Shown here piece by piece: positions 33,826-55,428 of a stretch of 64,000 nt of DNA. The stretch lies in the NCBI RefSeq assembly GCF_009914755.1, contig NC_060925.1. One strand, given 5' to 3'. Position 1 is the first letter of the stretch. Each line of letters begins with the position of its first letter. Position numbers and translations under genes: made by a program. The notes under the pieces were generated by a model. That model saw only the letters and a list, made by a program, of their open reading frames with translations, did not search any database and was not told the origin of the DNA. The stretch comes from the human T2T-CHM13v2.0 reference genome, Homo sapiens.

Positions 33826-36800
33826 GTAGGTTTTTGCAGAATTTCTGTTTTCTGATTTAGACTACATGTATATGTATCACCAAAATTTAGTCATTTCAGT
33901 TGTTTACTAGAAAAATCTGTTAACATTTTTATTCAGATAAAGGAAAATAAAAAGAACAATGTTTAATAAGTACTTACCCATGCCAAACTCTCTACAAATG
34001 TCTTTCCTTTAATCCTCAAAATGACCCTGCCAGAAAAGCTTCCTGGCCTATTTTACAGGTGACTTAAATGAGGCTTAAAGAGGCTAAGTCCTCAGCCCAG
34101 AATCACTGAACAGTAAGCCCTGAGTCCAAACACAGCTGATATCAAAGCCCATTTCTCTCCTTTACTACACGGCGTTTTCCATTGTGCCTCAAATTTACCT
34201 ACAGTGCCTAGATTCTTGAGAGTGGTGAAGTCACAAATTGCCTTGTGTTAAAAGAAAAACTTCAGCCAAATTAAATTTAAAGGAGTTTAATTGAGCAATG
34301 AATGTGCGAATTGGGCAGCCCCCAGAATTACAGCAGATTCAGAAAGACTCCAGGGTTGCCTTGTGGTCAGAGCAAATGTATAGACAAAAAAAAAAGTGAC
34401 ACATAGAAATTGGCAGTGAGGTACAGAAACAGCTGGATAGGTTATGGATTGGCATTTGCCTTATTTGAACACAGTTTGAACACTTAGCAGTCTATGAGTG
34501 GTTGGAGTATGGCTGCTGGGATTGGCCAAGACTCAGCTATTGTTACGGGCACATACTACTAAGTTAGGTTTTCAATCTTGTCTGCCTATTAGGCTAGGTT
34601 ACAGTTCATCCACAAGGACTTGAATATAGAAGTATGGAGTCCTTCTCAGATCATATTTAGTTTGCTTTAATAATTCCCCCCTTTTGGTGATTTTCTCAAT
34701 TTTGAGAGATTGACCAAAACTTTAGTCATTGATGTCACTATCACCATTGTAAATGTACTTATATGGTCTTTAAACCCACTGGGAAACAGTAGAACAGTGG
34801 GTTCTGTAAGGTGGCAACAAGGACTGAGTAGAAGGTACCTCCTTATGCTGGAACATCCTGTTTATAGGAGAAAAACAAAACCTGGTCTGTTCTAGGATCT
34901 ATGTGTTTCCTTAAAGTCTTAGTTTGACTTTGTCACATTTAGCATGAACAACTCCATTTTGGTTTGGTTTGGTCTGTTGGAGTCTAGTGCATGAGCTCAG
35001 TCCAAAACAATGGCCTCCCATAATTTCGTTTTAAAAAAAAAATCCCCCTTTTTGGTCAGGTTCTCACTTAGGTGACAGTGTGACCAAAACCTAGGGCCTC
35101 AGTGCCACTCTCAGTTACCATCATTTTGGGTTTCTGTTCTCAGCATGTAATTCATAGGTTATGGTGTCCTGATGGTCACACATTTCTTTTAGCTCTTGTT
35201 ATTCCAGTTGAAGAGAGACCATTTGACATTCTGGAGATGGCTGCTTGTAAACATTTAAAACCTTTGAGAGAATACAGCATACCAGGGAGATTACTATTAG
35301 GACTATTGGGAGAATAATACTAAGAGTTTGGGTTATGTTCCTTACCCAGGGTCCTCATAAACCAAACCAAACCATCTAAAAATCAAATAGATCAAAGAAT
35401 GAGCTACATGAAGAGTCTACTCACTTAAGTGATTTTTTTCATTAATCCCCTACAACTGAATCACTATAATACCCGATGTTTTCTCCATACATCATAAGTG
35501 CCAGCAGCTGTTTAGCCAATACTTTTCGGTTTGGCCAATTCTATTATTTCGCATAACTTTCACAAGAGAATTTAAAGTTTTTTGTGTAACCATAGGCTTT
35601 ACAGTAGAATCTGCTATAGAACCTATCATGAGGGATACATTTCTAATCAGTGCCTCTTTTACTTCAAACTATGGAAAAAAGACCTAACAAATGATGCCCT
35701 GCTAGAAGAGTGAAGGCCTCCTGGCAATGTTCTCTTTAGCCCATGATGTGGCTTAAGAGGAATGAATCAATGTTCTGTTTCTGACTGACTATGAGGCAAT
35801 ATATGAACCCTTAAAATTTCTCACCTGCATTGGGCCTTCATCTTTTATCCATCAAAGTATAACATTATCCATGTATAAGGCTGGCTGCAAAATCCTTCAC
35901 AAATAAACATATACCCCATAATACACACATAACAGACCCCCTTTTCACTTCTATTGTTCATAGAGGCATAAGCAAGAAAAAAAATATTCAAAGTTAAGAG
36001 TCTCATGATAGTAGAGAAGTCTTAATCCATGATTTTAGGATAAGCTGTTCACATTAAGGACGCTGTCTTCTTGGGAGAAGCTGTCCTGGTTAGCTTTACC
36101 TTAAGGGTTCCGATGGGTGTGGAGGGACCCTCCTCAGTTGTGAGATTATGAAAGTTGTGGGATCTCTGAAACCAAAAGTTCAAGGTCCCAAAGTTTTGCT
36201 GTAGTGTGGATGGCAAGGACAGTCTTTCTCTAATGTTCTCAGAAGATTCATTCTTTGGGTTCTAGATTGTGAAGGGGTTGATTGTCCTCAGTGAACCATA
36301 AACAGCTTTTTTTAACTATGTAAAAATGTACTGCAGCATAATAATCTACTATTATAACATCAGTCTTCTTGCATGGGAAAGCTTTCATACAACCAGAAAA
36401 CATGCATTGAAAGTGACAATTGAATGAAATCCCTTATAAATATTTAAATGTCCAATCAGGTAGCCAAATGTACCTGAAGCTTTGATTGTTTTCCCAGGAA
36501 TATGGGTTTGACAAGCCAAATATTGTTTATAACTATTTTAGTAGTTTATAAGTCACCACACAAACATATTTAATTTGGATCATTTTATCTTTTCCATTAC
36601 AAGTCGTAAAATGCAGAACTTTTAATAATGAAAGCCTTAAGGACTCTGGAAGGATAAGGTGGCTGTCTTGGTTCTCCACGAGTCCATGCTTAAAAATGGA
36701 CTTATGTCCTCTTGAATACCAGTTGTTTCTCCAATTTAGGTGCATAGCACTGATAACTGATGGGTTATCATAGGTAATTTGGCTTAGATCATGGAGTTTA

Positions 36801-36857
36801 TTCAAATTGTATATCTAAACAATTTTAGTATTGGCTGATTTAGCATGCGGATTTCTC

Positions 36858-42671
<5,814 letters not shown>

Positions 42672-44714
42672 AGCATGCTGATTTTTCACGCTGATTTAGC
42701 ATGAAAATCTGGCATAGTATTTTCTTGGTATTTAATTAATTTTTGTTCTACTTTGGTTAGCAGTCTTATAAACCAGTTAGTCTTTTTATTAAAGTTTTAG
42801 GGATTCTTACCGAGTCTAAATGATACGAATTTAAAGTTATTAGAAACCTGTATTCAAGAGTGCTTTTTAGCATCCTTTTTATCCTTTCATGAACTTTCTA
42901 AAAGATACCATATTCTAGGATTTTCCGTGTTTGTGAAGTTTTCAGAAATTGCATTAGCATTAAGTAATTAACTTAATGTAATGACTTTAAACAGTGATAT
43001 TTAAAAACACAATTCACAAGGAAATGTGGTTATCTCTGTGGTCTGTGATAAATTAACATAATAACCTTAATTATGATTGAAAGGATATACTCAGACATTA
43101 GAATTTTAGAAATCCTATACAATTTTGGAACATATATTAATATTATTTAACCTGAAGAAGATTAAACATTGTTTTTATTTTGACAATCCCATGTAACTAA
43201 ACATGTCAGATAATCCTATTTACCTCTCCTTTGGATGCTCCAAGGGCCCTCTGTAGCATCCAAAATTTGGGGGTTAGAAAGACAATTTTGAAGCTGAAAT
43301 TTCATTTTGGGAAGCCTATAAAATATGTTAAAGGTTTAAAATACTTGATATAATGCTTAACCAGTTTGACCATGAGGTGAAATTCTTGTAAACATTTTGT
43401 AACCCTTTACAAATTTTTGTTAAAAAGCAGATCAGTGCTCTAAGAAAAACATGTTGTGCTTTTATTTCAATTTTAATTTATAGAAAAACTTAGCAATACC
43501 CCTTTATCTTTAGCCAATGTCCACACAGAATTTCTTTTTATAAGATTAACTTTTCATAAACCTTCCACAATGTATTCAAGCCTTTAGCTTTATTTTAATC
43601 TAATTTAAAACAATATTTTAACCCTCTAACCTAGACAAAAATTTACATTCCTGTGCCTTCTTATAACCTTTTAGTAAAAACGCATTTTAGTTTCCTGACA
43701 CACCTTGCATGTAAATCTATTTTCAGTAGTCTGGATTACATGTTGTAATGGTAACTGTTAGCAACTTTTAATTTTGGTGCCTAAATTTCCTTTCATGTAT
43801 CCTTTCATGACTTATGCAGACCATCTATGACATGCTTAGACTTTCTGACTTGTCCTAATCATCCCTCTTTTTAAGCAACCAGTTATTTTACTTTAGGACA
43901 AGAATTTACCATACAACTTTCTTTCTTATATAAAATCTATTTTCTTTATAATCTTTTTTGCATAGCTAGGGGAGCATGGCTAATTCCACATGTCCCCAGG
44001 CCTTATTGAGAATCTAATGCCTCCAAGATAGGTAAATTGAACAATTTTCAAAAGTCAAAGCAGTTTATGACCTGAAAGCATTAGTAAACCTAATATCTGA
44101 CCTGTCTAATTTAGACAAAATGTCTTTATTTTACCAATAATCGTTAAAGCCATTTTTATTTCCCAAAGATTACTAAAGTTACTTGAACTAAGACATTACA
44201 GTTTTTATTTTTTCTTCCAAAAGTGTTTTATCTAAGCACTTATTTTTCTTTAAGCCAATTACTTAGAGTTCTTTTATATGAACATCACACACACAACACA
44301 TATATAACTACACAGAGAACAAGATCCAGTAGTTGTAGGATTTTTCATTTGCCAGTTTCTTCATTGGATTACTGACCTTGGGGTGGAGCCCATCAAGAAA
44401 TGGCTAGGAAAACATGCAGTTTCTGGGGTCTAATAAGCAGGCACAGCTGGAAGGCAAAATGGATTTCGAGAGAGATCTATTTGCTTTTAATTCTTGAGGT
44501 TCCATGAGGAAAACAGAGGGTTTTTTCCAAAACAGGATCAGTGGCACCTTCTTTATTTTTCCCAAGGAGTCCTAGGCTATCAGAAGTTATCTTAGGGCCT
44601 CTCATGTGTGCCTTAAGAGTGGCAAGACAAAATGGAGAAAAATAATTCAGTCGACTGAGAAGAAAAAACCTTTTTCAGCAAAACAAGATCCACAAAAAGG
44701 AAAGACATAAATGT

Positions 44715-45040
<326 letters not shown>

Positions 45041-47568
45041 CTATAGCTTGGATATCCACTTTTAATTAAGCTGACTCTTAACTATAGTGCTCTTTAAAAA
45101 ATCCTTTTAAATCTCTTGTTACCCAACTTTAGCCATGCCAAGTGGCCTGTATTTCTGGCTTTTGAACTTTACCTCCCAGGTGCTCAGAGAAAGGAAAATT
45201 CAAGACAATTCATGGAAGGGAAGAGAATCAGCAAATGATAAAGTTCCCACAGGTATCAAACCAGAAAGGACTCATTCCTTAACCCAGGAATTGAACCCAG
45301 GCCACCACTGTGAAAGTAAAAAACTTTAGCTACTGAGCTACAGTACTGGGTAGTCTCCATTGTGCTTCCCAGAAGGGCTCTAAAGTACTTAATTTTGAGC
45401 TTGCAAAAGCTTTTAACTACTCAACTTAATTTTTAGAGCTAACTGTGACATGAACCCTAAAATTCCTGTTCCCTTGAAGGCAGAGACCAAGAAAAAGTAC
45501 CACCACGTGGTTACAAAGTCAAGCTCCCAAGAATGTAAAACAAGATGGAGACCTCATCCAGTTTTTTTTTAATGCACTTCAGTGTGTTGTTGTTCATTTG
45601 GAATGTTCCATTGTAAGTTATCTTTAGTAAAATTTTGCTATTTCTGTAAGACTTTGCTGCCTCCCAAGCCTAATGTATAAACTGGAAGGAACTCTGCTTT
45701 TCAGAAATTAAGGATCTCATTTTTACCTAAAATATTGGCTTTGCTTTCAGGTTCCCTTGATGAACTTAGCCAATGATTTTTCCTACCTAAGTGTGCAAGA
45801 AAAATGAAACAAAGGTGTAGAAAACCAAAAATCCCTGTGAATTTCCAAATGCCAAATTTTACAACCCCTGCAATACTACCATTTACTACCAGTTTCTTTC
45901 TGACCTAGTCAAATCTAAGAGGCCTCTAATTGGATCCTAGCCTGTTAATTACTGATCAAATCCAATCCTGGACCCAGTCCAGTTTCTGTTGTGACTTCTG
46001 AACCCAGTTTGGAACAGGAATTTGCTCAAAGAAACTTGGAGAGTTCAAAACACAAATCTGTGGAGCTCTGAAATCCAAAAGAGAACTTGCCATGATCCCC
46101 AGCCACTCTGAGAGATCAAAGGACACAAGTAGGTCCAACAGGTTCCTTGCTTGTTCACTCAGTGCTCCTGGGGGTCGTTAGAAGGTCTAATTCATATCCC
46201 GCTTCTGACACCATCTAGTAAAAGAAAAACTTCAGCCAATTTAAAGGAGTTTAATTGAGCAATGAACAATTTGGGAATTTGGCAGCAGAATCACAGCAGA
46301 TTCAGAGAAACTCTAGGGATGCCTTGTGGTCAGAACAAATTTATAGACAAAAAAAAAAAAAAAAAGAGAAGTGACATACAGAAATTGGCAGTGATGTACA
46401 GAAACAGCTGGTTGGTTACAGGTTGGCATTTGTCTTATTTGAACACAGTTTGAACATTTAGCAGTCTATGAGTGGTTGAAGTATGGTCCACTGGGATTGG
46501 CCAAGACTCAGTTACTGTTACAGGCACATACTCCTAAGTCAGGTTTTCACTCTTGTCTGCCTGTTAAGTTAGGTTACAGTTCATCCACAGGGATTCAAAT
46601 ATAGAGGTATGAAGTCCTTCTCAGGCCATATTTAGTTTGCTTTAACACTTGAATTCCACCCAAACAAATCAGCTTGAATCAGTGTGAAGGGAAGTGTGAC
46701 AATTTTTAAATTTGTCAATTCCTTACCAATTGTTTTAGTGTTTTAGCATTCAGCCCCAAAGTCCCTTACTCTTGGCCCCCTTCAGTTTTTTCCCTCCTGT
46801 GATGGTATTAGTAAAGATCTATGGTTAGTTATTTAAAATGAGACTTTGAGAAAAGCAAGACCCTTGGATTTCTAAATTTTACTGATGCATTGAGTATTTC
46901 TAAGCTGCTCGATAGATTAGAGTTGTTTGGTGTGGCAGTTCCCCAGTGTGTCCAGTTGCTCACAAATTTTGACTTGAATGTTCTTTGCCGAATTGGCACT
47001 GAGTTTCTCCTTCTTGCCATCATTTGCTTCATGAAATAATCTTTCTTTCGTTTACATTTATAATCAAGTGCAGTAGAAAGATTTTAAATGAGCTATTATA
47101 AAGTCTACTAATGATTTCTTATCTACATAGGTTTTTTGCTCAGAACTTAATATTTCAAAATTTAAATTACACATTAATAAACATATTCCTAATACCCTTG
47201 TAAGGAAGGCAAACTAATACGGAATTTTATTTGAGGCTGTTTTAAAATATACTTGATTATGAAGTCCCTTGAAATATTTTAATGTTCAAATTAATACCCC
47301 ATAAAAAAATCAATATTTGTGTTATTATTTAAACATGCCCTAGTGTAAAAGTTTAAGTAACACTAAGTTCATAACTAAGAATAGCCTAAAAACTAATTTT
47401 CAGTTCATAACAAGGAATTAGGGCAATTCTTTGCTCATTTAATTATTTAAATAAGTACTCTTTTTAAAAAGATAAAACAAGACATAATTCCAATATATTT
47501 ATTTTACATTTGAACAGATACTTTTATTTAATACAACTATTCATTATCTATAAAAGCCTTAGTTCTGA

Positions 47569-47922
<354 letters not shown>

Positions 47923-48941
47923 TAAATATAATAAAACCAAAAGTGGGTAAATATATATACATATATATATATATATTCTCACTGTATCAGTGTACTGTAT
48001 AAAAACTTTACTCCAATAGCCTGAATTTACTAATTTGGTCTAATTTTAAATACAGAAGAGAGTGTGAATTAGTAAACAAAACAACAACAAAAAAAATGGA
48101 ATCATAAAACATTGTATAAAGATGAGTAAAGAAATAATATTTACCCTAAAGTCCAAGGTCAAATTGGGCTAGCAAAGTTCACTCAGCCATTTTGGTTGTT
48201 ATTTAGTACAGGTCCTTTGAGAACCAATTTAAACAAATAAGTCTGATCCGTTGCTAACAGGATCCATTGTTAATATGTAAAAAGGTGTCTGAGATCAGTT
48301 TAGTCTCTTCTAAGTTCTTGGTACAACCTTTCTGCCCAAACCAATTTGTACTGTCAATGCAGAGAGTGTTTTTAAACACAATGGCAGTGCTAATAGATAG
48401 CTTGGGGGAAAAAGTGGGATGTTTATGACTTCTACCTTTTCTTTCCAAAGCCCCACCCCACTGATCCTTAAAATAAGCACATGGTCTAGGTAGAAACCAG
48501 TTCTCACTATGCCACACAACTGCAAGACATGTTCCCCAGCCTCCTTCTCCATCCGCATCAAGAAAGTTTGGAGCTGTCACCATCATTACAACCCTATTTG
48601 AAATAATTACAAAATCTAGACTCAGAACAGCCTAAATTTTAGGGCTTTATTATATAACATTCTCTTTTTAAATATGCGGTAGTTACGGTCACCTTGGAAA
48701 GTTCTACAAAATATCCCTTAAGTTTTTTGAACTTTCCCACATGGGAATCTTCTGGTTATGAGAGTTTGCTCTATTTAATATGTGTACGGTTTCACTGCTA
48801 GGGTGGTTCTCCCACTTATCTTGAATCTAGTGTGAGTGTTTTGAAATGTTTCTGCTCATTGAAAAGAAGCAGAGCAATAGAGATGAGAGGAAAATCTGAA
48901 AAGATAATGACACAATTTCCCACTTAATTTTCATTAAGTAA

Positions 48942-49298
<357 letters not shown>

Positions 49299-49380
49299 TA
49301 ATATACATTTTATTCTAGTTGACTTCCTAATCTCCTATATGATTGCCTGCTTCTTCTAACGTGTCATTTTTGTTTTTTAG

Positions 49381-49471
49381 GATTAAAAGAAGGATCTTAT
49401 TGTTAATACCAAAGTGGCTTTATGAAGATATTCCTAATATGAAAAACAGCAATGTTGTGAAAATGCTACAG
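49381..49471 (+). CDS. IL23R: IL23R exon 10 (91 bp, phase 2 to 0), juxtamembrane cytoplasmic region
   Basis: TTTTTTAG acceptor ending 49380; (G)IKRRILLLIPKWLYEDIPNMKNSNVVKMLQ; donor GTAACC at 49472. Confidence 0.96.
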
Positions 49472-50767
49472 GTAACCTAACATCATCCAACAAAAACTGA
49501 GTGGCAATTGAGACCAAGAGTGCAGTCTAATAATTAGAATAGAATTTCCATTCAAATAAATAAATGTGCACACATATTAACATAATTATATAGACATGTG
49601 TAAAGACAAAACTGTACCTGTTTCAAATCATACTTAAAAGAGATGAGACAATAGAGTTGGGGGAAAGAAAACAGAGAAGAAATAAAGAAACAAACCTGTT
49701 CAAAAGAGAAAAGTGAAGTGGAAGATTGTGGGCCTTGTGCACGAGTCACCTGGTGACCAAACAATGGTAGATGTCTTCAGGAACAAAGGGAGTAGGGAAG
49801 AAAAGCTCAATGAAATGAGCCTCAAAGATTCAAAGGGCTTCTGTTTCACATGAGATGGAGAGCCAGGTGGAGCCCAAGAAGGGCATCATTTTACTCTTTA
49901 AACCCAGTGGAATTTGAGAAAAGCAATGTGAGAGAACTGTGAACAATAGTGTCACAGGGGTGGGCTAGGTTTCCATTCTGGCAAAGAGAAGGCCACACAC
50001 CAGGAAGCCCCTGAGGGTACAGGGACATTACTGATTATAAAGGAGGGAAGGAACAAGCTATGTGTGTTCCTGATAACCCCTGGCCCTCGGGATTGGCTGT
50101 CAAGGGGCTCAAAACCCAGTCCAAGGGACAAACACATCATCCAAGCCTTGCAATGCAGTGATGTAAGTGCAATGATAGAAATGAGCCCAAACATGTGATG
50201 GGAGTGGAAAGGAAACACTGAAAGGAGAGGAGCTGCTCAGGAGAAGCAGGGAGAATTCAAAGTCAGGGGGACCCCTGGGGGTTAGAACTGCATGTTGGGT
50301 AAGAAGATGAGGTGTTTGTAAAACAAATAGAAGTGGCTCTGTTTCAAGCTCTGGTAAGCCTATTAGCTAACTCTTTCCCCAACCTCATGTCATCTGAACA
50401 AAGGGTTTCTAGGCTAAAAATAAAATACTTTTTAAAAGTTCAAAAACAACTGGTCAACAGAATAGAGTCTGAGTTCTGTAACACAAGACTTCTGTGATCT
50501 GATCCACTCACCATTCCAGCTTTACTCCAGCCACTCCTCACGTCAAGATTTTTGATGAAGCAATACCCAATGTGCTGTTCTTACCCAAACCTGGCAAGCT
50601 CCCTAAGGAGGCTGGGGCTGAAGAAAATTGGAATGACACTTCATGTCTGTTTATTCAAGATCTCCTTCTTTGCTAAACTCCTTTCCTATTCTGGGCTCCT
50701 GGAATTAGAGGCAAACCTTAGGGCTTCCCTCAGATAAGGTTTTGTTTTCTGCCCGAGAGACTAAGGA

Positions 50768-51075
50768 ATGCTTAGTCGGCTTGGGTGGCTTAAACAACAA
50801 ACATTTATTTGTCACAGTGCTGGAGGCTGGGAAGTCCATGATCAAGGAGCCAGTCAATTCACTTGCTAGTGAGGGCTGTCTTGTGGACAGCTGCCTTCTC
50901 ACATGGCAGAGGAAGAGATCATCTCTTTCCTGTCTCTTCTTCACTAATCCCATTCATGAAGGCTCCGCCCTCATGACCTAATTACCACCCAAAGTCTCCA
51001 CTTTCAAATAACATCACATTGGCTTCAATGTGAGGGGGGCTGGGGAGAGGGCACACAAACGTTTAGTCCGTAACA
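50768..51075 (-). mobile_element. MLT1A-like LTR fragment
   Basis: GGGTGGCTTAAACAACAAACATTTATT...GGAGGCTGGGAAGTCCATGATCAAGG. Confidence 0.7.
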
Positions 51076-51223
51076 GGGGGCTATAATATTATAATTGTGT
51101 TGGGTGACAGTTTGCCCAGGAAGGCCAGCCATCTGTTGGAAGGCCTCCAGTCCATTTATTGCCCAGAAAAGTCATCAGGCTAAAACCTTCACCCACCCTC
51201 CTTATCATCACAAACATGTCTGA

Positions 51224-51525
<302 letters not shown>

Positions 51526-52021
51526 CTTATCCACCTTTAGAACCTCGGCATCAAGCATTTGTCACACACTCATTCTCGGTATGTGAGCAAAATAGGATTC
51601 TCCCCAACCTTTTTTTATTTAAGCAACAAAGTATTTTCTTGTAACAAGAAATATTAATATTAATATTCTTGCCTCAGAAGACCAACTTTTAAAAGGCCCT
51701 AAAATTAAGTAATAAGTAATAAGTTAATATATAAGACTCAACTTTTCTCTTTAAAACTTTTAAACCAAGAAATGTGCTTAAGAAGTGGATTATTTTTACT
51801 ATTCCTTTTCTTCAGTCTTCTCATGCAAATTTAATAAAGATTTGGAAGCAAGCAGGATAACAAAAGACAAAAGGAGGAAATCATATGGGAAGATAAACAA
51901 TATGAGAAAATGGAGGGAGAAAGGAAAGTTGAAAGAAAGCAAAATTCCTATCCTCATTCAATTATCCAGTTGGTTCTTTTAAATGTCTTTTGCAAAATAA
52001 AATGATGTCTTTTTTTCCTAG

Positions 52022-52672
52022 GAAAATAGTGAACTTATGAATAATAATTCCAGTGAGCAGGTCCTATATGTTGATCCCATGATTACAGAGATAAAAGAAA
52101 TCTTCATCCCAGAACACAAGCCTACAGACTACAAGAAGGAGAATACAGGACCCCTGGAGACAAGAGACTACCCGCAAAACTCGCTATTCGACAATACTAC
52201 AGTTGTATATATTCCTGATCTCAACACTGGATATAAACCCCAAATTTCAAATTTTCTGCCTGAGGGAAGCCATCTCAGCAATAATAATGAAATTACTTCC
52301 TTAACACTTAAACCACCAGTTGATTCCTTAGACTCAGGAAATAATCCCAGGTTACAAAAGCATCCTAATTTTGCTTTTTCTGTTTCAAGTGTGAATTCAC
52401 TAAGCAACACAATATTTCTTGGAGAATTAAGCCTCATATTAAATCAAGGAGAATGCAGTTCTCCTGACATACAAAACTCAGTAGAGGAGGAAACCACCAT
52501 GCTTTTGGAAAATGATTCACCCAGTGAAACTATTCCAGAACAGACCCTGCTTCCTGATGAATTTGTCTCCTGTTTGGGGATCGTGAATGAGGAGTTGCCA
52601 TCTATTAATACTTATTTTCCACAAAATATTTTGGAAAGCCACTTCAATAGGATTTCACTCTTGGAAAAGTAG
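52022..52672 (+). CDS. IL23R: IL23R exon 11 coding part (terminal exon), cytoplasmic tail with YKPQ and YFPQ STAT-docking motifs
   Basis: CCTAG acceptor ending 52021; ENSEL followed by ORF 52037..52672 ending ISLLEK-stop; YKPQ at 52232, YFPQ at 52613. Confidence 0.98.
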   Translation, partial: ENSELMNNNSSEQVLYVDPMITEIKEIFIPEHKPTDYKKENTGPLETRDYPQNSLFDNTTVVYIPDLNTGYKPQISNFLPEGSHLSNNNEITSLTLKPPVDSLDSGNNPRLQKHPNFAFSVSSVNSLSNTIFLGELSLILNQGECSSPDIQNSVEEETTMLLENDSPSETIPEQTLLPDEFVSCLGIVNEELPSINTYFPQNILESHFNRISLLEK

Positions 52673-52769
52673 AGCTGTGTGGTCAAAATCAATATGAGAA
52701 AGCTGCCTTGCAATCTGAACTTGGGTTTTCCCTGCAATAGAAATTGAATTCTGCCTCTTTTTGAAAAAA

Positions 52770-52973
52770 ATGTATTCACATACAAATCTTCACATGGACA
52801 CATGTTTTCATTTCCCTTGGATAAATACCTAGGTAGGGGATTGCTGGGCCATATGATAAGCATATGTTTCAGTTCTACCAATCTTGTTTCCAGAGTAGTG
52901 ACATTTCTGTGCTCCTACCATCACCATGTAAGAATTCCCGGGAGCTCCATGCCTTTTTAATTTTAGCCATTCT
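52770..52973 (-). mobile_element. Ancient L1M fragment inside the IL23R 3' UTR
   Basis: ATAAATACCTAGGTAGGGGATTGCTGGGCCATATG and TTTTAATTTTAGCCATTCT are typical antisense L1 ORF2 3'-end motifs. Confidence 0.6.
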
Positions 52974-52974
52974 T

Positions 52975-52982
52975 CTGCCTCA
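52975..52982 (+). promoter_or_regulatory. let-7-like target site CTGCCTCA (C allele at c.*309, rs10889677 position)
   Basis: Differs from the let-7 8mer CTACCTCA by one G:U-compatible base; 52981 is stop+309; rsID from memory. Confidence 0.6.
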
Positions 52983-53143
52983 TTTCTTAAAATTAGAGAA
53001 TTAAGGTCCCGAAGGTGGAACATGCTTCATGGTCACACATACAGGCACAAAAACAGCATTATGTGGACGCCTCATGTATTTTTTATAGAGTCAACTATTT
53101 CCTCTTTATTTTCCCTCATTGAAAGATGCAAAACAGCTCTCTA

Positions 53144-53578
<435 letters not shown>

Positions 53579-55414
53579 TCATTTTATCACTTAAAATTCT
53601 CTTGAGTAGATAAAAATATAGCCCCAAATGACAAAATAAGTGAAGAATAGAAACAGAAGAGAAGTTAGTCGTTTGCTGTATTATTTTTTTCCCCTACTCT
53701 CCAGGTATTAGGGATTTGATCTTAGTGTGATTTGGGACTAACAGCGCTGTGAAACAATAATGTGTGGAATCATGGGTTGCTGTCTTCACTTAAGTCAAGA
53801 GTGATGGCCTTGTTTTCCTGTGGCATAGTTGGGATATTATTTATACTATAATAGAACCTATGAGAGGTAACAGATGCAGGATCAGCAAGACGTAATTTTT
53901 TGTTTACAAACCAGATATATGTTAGAAAATTATTGTTAAAACAGGTATCTGTTCAGTACCTGTTTTGATGGCAAATACTTGCTGAACCTACCATTGCCCC
54001 ATATCCCATGTCTCCTGCAGATATCACCAGCCAATCAGAACAGGCCTTTCTACTGAGCTGTACAAGTGCCCTCAGAAGCCTCCCAAGCAGTGTTCCTTAT
54101 GGCCACAATCCATAAGGACTGGAGTAGGAGATTAAATCTATCTACCAATGATGTCAATATGGAAAAGTGGTTGATCTTTAAAAATGAAATACATATTTTA
54201 AGCTGAGAAATGTTACCCAGCAGACTATTGTGATTAATATTTATGGGCAAGGACAACTTTTCTGAATGATCAGAACAGTTTAAAATAGGGTAGAGTAGGG
54301 CATGTAAATTCATGCCTATAGTCCTAGCTACTCAGGAGGCTGAGGCGGAAGGAACACTTGAGCCCAAGAGTTAGACACTGCAGTGCGCTATGATCAATGA
54401 TCATGTGCCAGAGCAAGACCCCGTCTCTAAAAAATAAATAAATATTCGTTCATTCATTCATTAAAATAGGTAGATTACACACTGAATTTCTTTTTCTCCT
54501 CCAACAGTTGTCAATTTATACTCATATTTAGTCATTTAATTTTATTATGAAAAATCAAGCAGTTAATTTTAAAAAGACTCATTGCTTACTATGTCTTTAG
54601 CAAATGAGCAGGCTATTTTGTTTTACTTTTTTTTTTTTTGATAAAAATCTAAAAGCAATTTTATGGTCATTAAGTATCCTTGAAATGAGGTTGACTGTAT
54701 ATCCCAGTTTGCCCTGGTTTCTGTCCATTGTCCTATTGTTAATTATGACCAATAACTGCCCTCATTCACTCTCAGAAGCATCCCTTATTTGGATAATAAA
54801 TCATATGGTCACTCAAGACTACTTAATGTCCAGCATGTAAGTAATTCATCAGAAATTTATCTTTTTTTTTTTTTTTGCACTGACAATCCTCTTTATTTTA
54901 CTTTTTATCATTTACTAAGGCCATTTTGCTCCAAAAGGGTATTACTATTCATACTGTAAAAAAAAGTATCCCCTGATACTTTTACATAGTGTAAAAAAAA
55001 AAAAAAGTTATCCCCCAGATAAACTCTATTCTGTTTATCCTAAAATATGTATATATTTTTTGTACTTTGCATATTCTGAAAGGAATATATTTTAAATCAC
55101 TAATGAAATGCTAATCTTAAATACCTTGACTTGTAAATTGCCGTATGCCTTTGCTTGATTCTTTTGCAAAAGGAGAATCATAAAGTAGCCAAGAAGGAGG
55201 TAGCATTTGAGATTGAAATAACAAAAGACTAAGATAAATCTTTGATGTTTGCAAACCTGATGAAGACGTCTGGTAACATGTGAAGAATATTTTTATAGTA
55301 CGTTTCACCATAATTGTAATCTATCACACATGAAAAAAGCTTTTATCAAGCTTAAAGGATTACAGCATTGTTTGATCTTCTGCAAATGTTTCCACTGCAG
55401 CGAGTGCCTCCTTT

Positions 55415-55428
55415 TCGCCCCCTAGAGT
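55415..55428 (-). promoter_or_regulatory. Weaker CTCF-like motif, reverse orientation, downstream of the gene
   Basis: Minus strand ACTCTAGGGGGCGA versus CCACTAGGGGGCGC (11/14), in non-repeat sequence that retains CpGs. Confidence 0.4.

Noticed and set aside
35040-35070. Second PPT-like sequence suggesting another LTR boundary
   Set aside because: No LTR or TSD adjoins it; more likely an internal duplication of the MER4-group 3' region
52168-52437. 89-aa antisense ORF overlapping exon 11
   Set aside because: Shadow ORF of the coding strand with no independent support
53938-53966. 10-bp-stem hairpin AAAACAGGTA...TACCTGTTTT, and AT-rich palindromes near 51645 and 54980
   Set aside because: Short or low-complexity; expected by chance in 64 kb of AT-rich DNA
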